NCBI GenBank assembly: GCA_049999805.1
Contig: JBNGIO010005723.1
Span: forward strand, 1 to 64,000
DNA: 64,000 nucleotides
Direction of reading: 5' to 3'
DNA from: Folioceros fuciformis
Lineage: Eukaryota
Positions 61,407-64,000 of this stretch are shown here, piece after piece (the first letter of the stretch is position 1; each line of letters starts with the position of its first letter). The translations under genes and the position numbers were made by a program. The notes below the pieces were generated by a model. The model saw only the letters and a list, made by a program, of their open reading frames with translations. It ran no database searches and was not told the DNA's origin.

Positions 61407-64000
61407 CTACTGAGTTCCATTTTCTTCTTGGCCGATATCAAACGTGTCTAGAGCTACAAATGAGTGTTTTTGTTCTGATTGGGGGGGGATGAAAGTGTCA
61501 TCTCCAACCAAAAAACTGTGTACTATTCCGTCCATGTCGGCCCACCAACTCTGGCCCGGCTGCTTCCAGGCTCTCGCTCTTTTTCTCCTGGCATGCAACG
61601 CCTGGGCGTGCTCCAACTTCTGGGTAGCGGTGAATAAGTTAGACATCAACACATATGCTGCTGCATCTTGCTCGTCCAACTTCACTGCTTTCTGGAAGGC
61701 ATAGCGTCCCATCTCTACGTTGTTCCACTTCCGACAAGCGCCCAACAGAGTGTGCCAGACTGCAGCACTGGGAGGGACCGGCATTGTGCTCACCATATCC
61801 AGAGCCTCATACAGCTGGCCTGCCCGGCCCAGGAGGTCCACCATGCACGTGTAGTGCTCCACACTAGGAGTGATCCCGAATTGCTTGCTCATGGCCGCGA
61901 AGCATTCTCTCCCCTTGTCTACCAGGCCCGTGTGGCTGCAGACAGTGAGCACACTGAGGAAGGTGATGCCGACTGGATCTATGCCAGCTTCTCTCATTTT
62001 CTGCAGCAAATCGAACACCACTCTGCTGTTTCCTTGGCAGCTGTAGCCGGCAATCAAAGCACTCCACGCGACAACATCTCTGTTTGGCAATGCGTCAAAA
62101 ACCTGCTGTGCATCCGCCATGCTGCCGGCCTTGGCGTACATGTTTATCAAGCTACTGGCAACAACGACATCAGCTTGGAGCCCCTGTTCCTCGATCTGTG
62201 CATGTAACTGCCTTCCCACATGCAAGGCTGCCACATTTGCACATGCCTGCAGGAGGGCCAGAAAGGTGACGGAATTGGGCACAGCAATGCGTTCTTGTTG
62301 CATTGCCCGGTAAAGGGAGAGGGCTTCGTGCCCCAGGCCCTGCTGAGCGTATCCTGCTATCATGGCGTTCCATGTTACCACGTCCTTTTCAGCGAGTCTG
62401 TCGAAGGCTCGCTGAGCATCTTCCAAGCTGCCACACTTTGCGTACATGTTTACCAGGCTGCTGCCTACAAACACGTCGGCTTCGTGCCCTTGTTCTCGAA
62501 CCTGCGCATGAAGCTGCTTTCCCGTCTCCAAAGCCGACGTGCCCATGCCTGCACACGCCTGCAGGAGGCAAACAAATGTGACAGAATCGGGCACGGCTAC
62601 GCCTTCGTCTTGCATTGCGCTGTAGACACGAATGGCTTCCTGTCCCATGCTCTGCTTGGAGTATCCTGCGATCATAGCATTCCAGGTAACCACATCCTTC
62701 CGAACAAGGCCGTCGAACACACTCTGCGCATCTTCCAAGCTGCCACACTTTGAATACATGTTCACCAAGCTGTTGGCTACAAACACGTCACTTTGAAGGC
62801 CTCGTTCTCGGATTTGCACATGAAGCTGCTTCCCCTTCTCCAGTGCAGAGGGCCCCAAACCGGCACAGGCCCGCAGGAGGCTTACAAAGGTGATGGAATC
62901 AGGTTCATCGATGCCTTCATCTTGCATGTTGCTGTAAAGGGCGAGCGCTCTGTCGCTCATGCCCTGCTGGGCATACCCGGCTATCATGGCATTCCATGTC
63001 ACCACATCTTTCTGACCCAACCCGTCGAACACTCTCTGAGCATCCTCCACGCTGCCACACTTCGCATACATGTTCACCAAGCTGTTGGTTATGAACACAT
63101 CAGCTTGATGTCCCCGTTCTTTGATTTGAGCATGGAGCTGCTTCCCCATCTCCAAAGCTGGGGTGCCCAAACTTGCACATGCTTGCAGGAGGCAAACAAA
63201 TGTGACAGAGTTGGCTACAGCAATGCCTTCTTCTTGCATACGACTGTAGAGGTTAAGGGCTTCCTCGCCCCTGCCCTGCTGGGAATATCCCGTAATCATG
63301 GAATTCCATGTTGCCACCTCCTTTTCACCTAGGCGGTCAAATACTCTCTGAGCGTCTTCCAAGCTCCCACACTTGGCATACATGTTCACCAAACTGCTGC
63401 CAACACACACATCAGCTTGATGTCCTCCTTGTCTAACTTTCGCATGTATCTGCTTCCCCTTCTCCAGTGCCGTCGGCCCCACACTTGCGCATGCCTGCAA
63501 GAGGCAGACAAATGTGACAGCATCCGGCACGGCAATCCCCTCTTCTTGCATGGCACTGTATAAATGAAGAGCTTCCTGCCCCATGCCCTGATGGGAGTAT
63601 CCTGCTATCATGGCAGTCCACGTCACCACATCTTTGTCACCAAGTTCTTCAAACGCCTTGCGAGCTTCTTCCAAGCTGCCACACTTTGTGTACATGTTCA
63701 CCAAGCTGCTGGCTACAAACTCCTCCGCTTGACTTCCTCGTTCACGAATCTGCATATGAAGCTGTTTTCCCTGCTTCAAAGCAGGAATGCCCACAGTTGC
63801 ACATGCCTGCAGGAGGCATACAAACGTCACCGAATTGGGTACAGCAATGCCTTCATCTTGCATGACACTGTAGAGATGAAGGGCCTGCTGCCCCATGCCC
63901 CGCTGGGAATATCCTGCAATCAGAGCTGTCCAAGTCACCACATCTTTTTGACCAAGTCCGTCAAACACACTCTGGGCATCTTCAAGACTGCCACACTTTG
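61407..64000 (-). CDS. PLS-class PPR protein, E+ with truncated WW-type DYW start; 5' part lies outside the window
   Basis: P-L-S array open to the window edge; HYTCMVDLLGRAG, VWHTLLGACRKW, KQPGQSWWADMDGIVHSFLVGD then a short unrelated tail. Confidence 0.95.
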   Translation of the reverse strand, partial: KCGSLEDAQSVFDGLGQKDVVTWTALIAGYSQRGMGQQALHLYSVMQDEGIAVPNSVTFVCLLQACATVGIPALKQGKQLHMQIRERGSQAEEFVASSLVNMYTKCGSLEEARKAFEELGDKDVVTWTAMIAGYSHQGMGQEALHLYSAMQEEGIAVPDAVTFVCLLQACASVGPTALEKGKQIHAKVRQGGHQADVCVGSSLVNMYAKCGSLEDAQRVFDRLGEKEVATWNSMITGYSQQGRGEEALNLYSRMQEEGIAVANSVTFVCLLQACASLGTPALEMGKQLHAQIKERGHQADVFITNSLVNMYAKCGSVEDAQRVFDGLGQKDVVTWNAMIAGYAQQGMSDRALALYSNMQDEGIDEPDSITFVSLLRACAGLGPSALEKGKQLHVQIRERGLQSDVFVANSLVNMYSKCGSLEDAQSVFDGLVRKDVVTWNAMIAGYSKQSMGQEAIRVYSAMQDEGVAVPDSVTFVCLLQACAGMGTSALETGKQLHAQVREQGHEADVFVGSSLVNMYAKCGSLEDAQRAFDRLAEKDVVTWNAMIAGYAQQGLGHEALSLYRAMQQERIAVPNSVTFLALLQACANVAALHVGRQLHAQIEEQGLQADVVVASSLINMYAKAGSMADAQQVFDALPNRDVVAWSALIAGYSCQGNSRVVFDLLQKMREAGIDPVGITFLSVLTVCSHTGLVDKGRECFAAMSKQFGITPSVEHYTCMVDLLGRAGQLYEALDMVSTMPVPPSAAVWHTLLGACRKWNNVEMGRYAFQKAVKLDEQDAAAYVLMSNLFTATQKLEHAQALHARRKRARAWKQPGQSWWADMDGIVHSFLVGDDTFIPPQSEQKHSFVALDTFDIGQEENGTQ

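Noticed and set aside
56027-64000. PPRs as U-to-C (KP-type DYW) editing enzymes
   Set aside because: The box is PG..WW, not KPAxA, and no catalytic domain is present

Overview
Compact, intron-rich eukaryotic nuclear DNA from a non-seed land plant, most likely a hornwort. That assignment is inferred from the ~80-130 nt GT-AG introns, very short intergenic spaces and intronless PLS-class PPR genes with lengthened L motifs and WW-type PG boxes. The window holds a tRNA-Gly(GCC) gene and about 18 protein genes: an RluA-type pseudouridine synthase, a D-amino-acid transaminase/ADC lyase, a conserved hypothetical, cytosolic HisRS, three PLS-E+ PPR editing-factor genes, a glutaredoxin, ALG14, an mS37-like CX9C protein, PNO1, an Ala/Gln-rich protein, ALG12, SOS1, a zinc-finger/six-AP2 protein, an SLC19-like carrier, a BRIZ/BRAP2-like ligase and a GCIP-like gene. 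Several tandem-repeat blocks with assembly gaps are present, and ~10.9-17 kb is a graveyard of PPR and other gene fragments. The most notable observations are: (1) a ~1,400-aa protein fusing a KANSL2/INO80D-type C3Hc3H zinc finger to six AP2 domains; (2) three modular PPR arrays built from a 104-aa unit that all end just after a WW-type PG box, with no deaminase; (3) a patchwork of fragments from ALG14, aldose 1-epimerase and PPR genes; (4) an SLC19/RFC-like transporter; (5) a SOS1 lacking the SOS2 phospho-acceptor serine. All family calls rest on motif recognition by eye and no searches were run. Coordinates of multi-exon genes are gene spans, and some starts are approximate.
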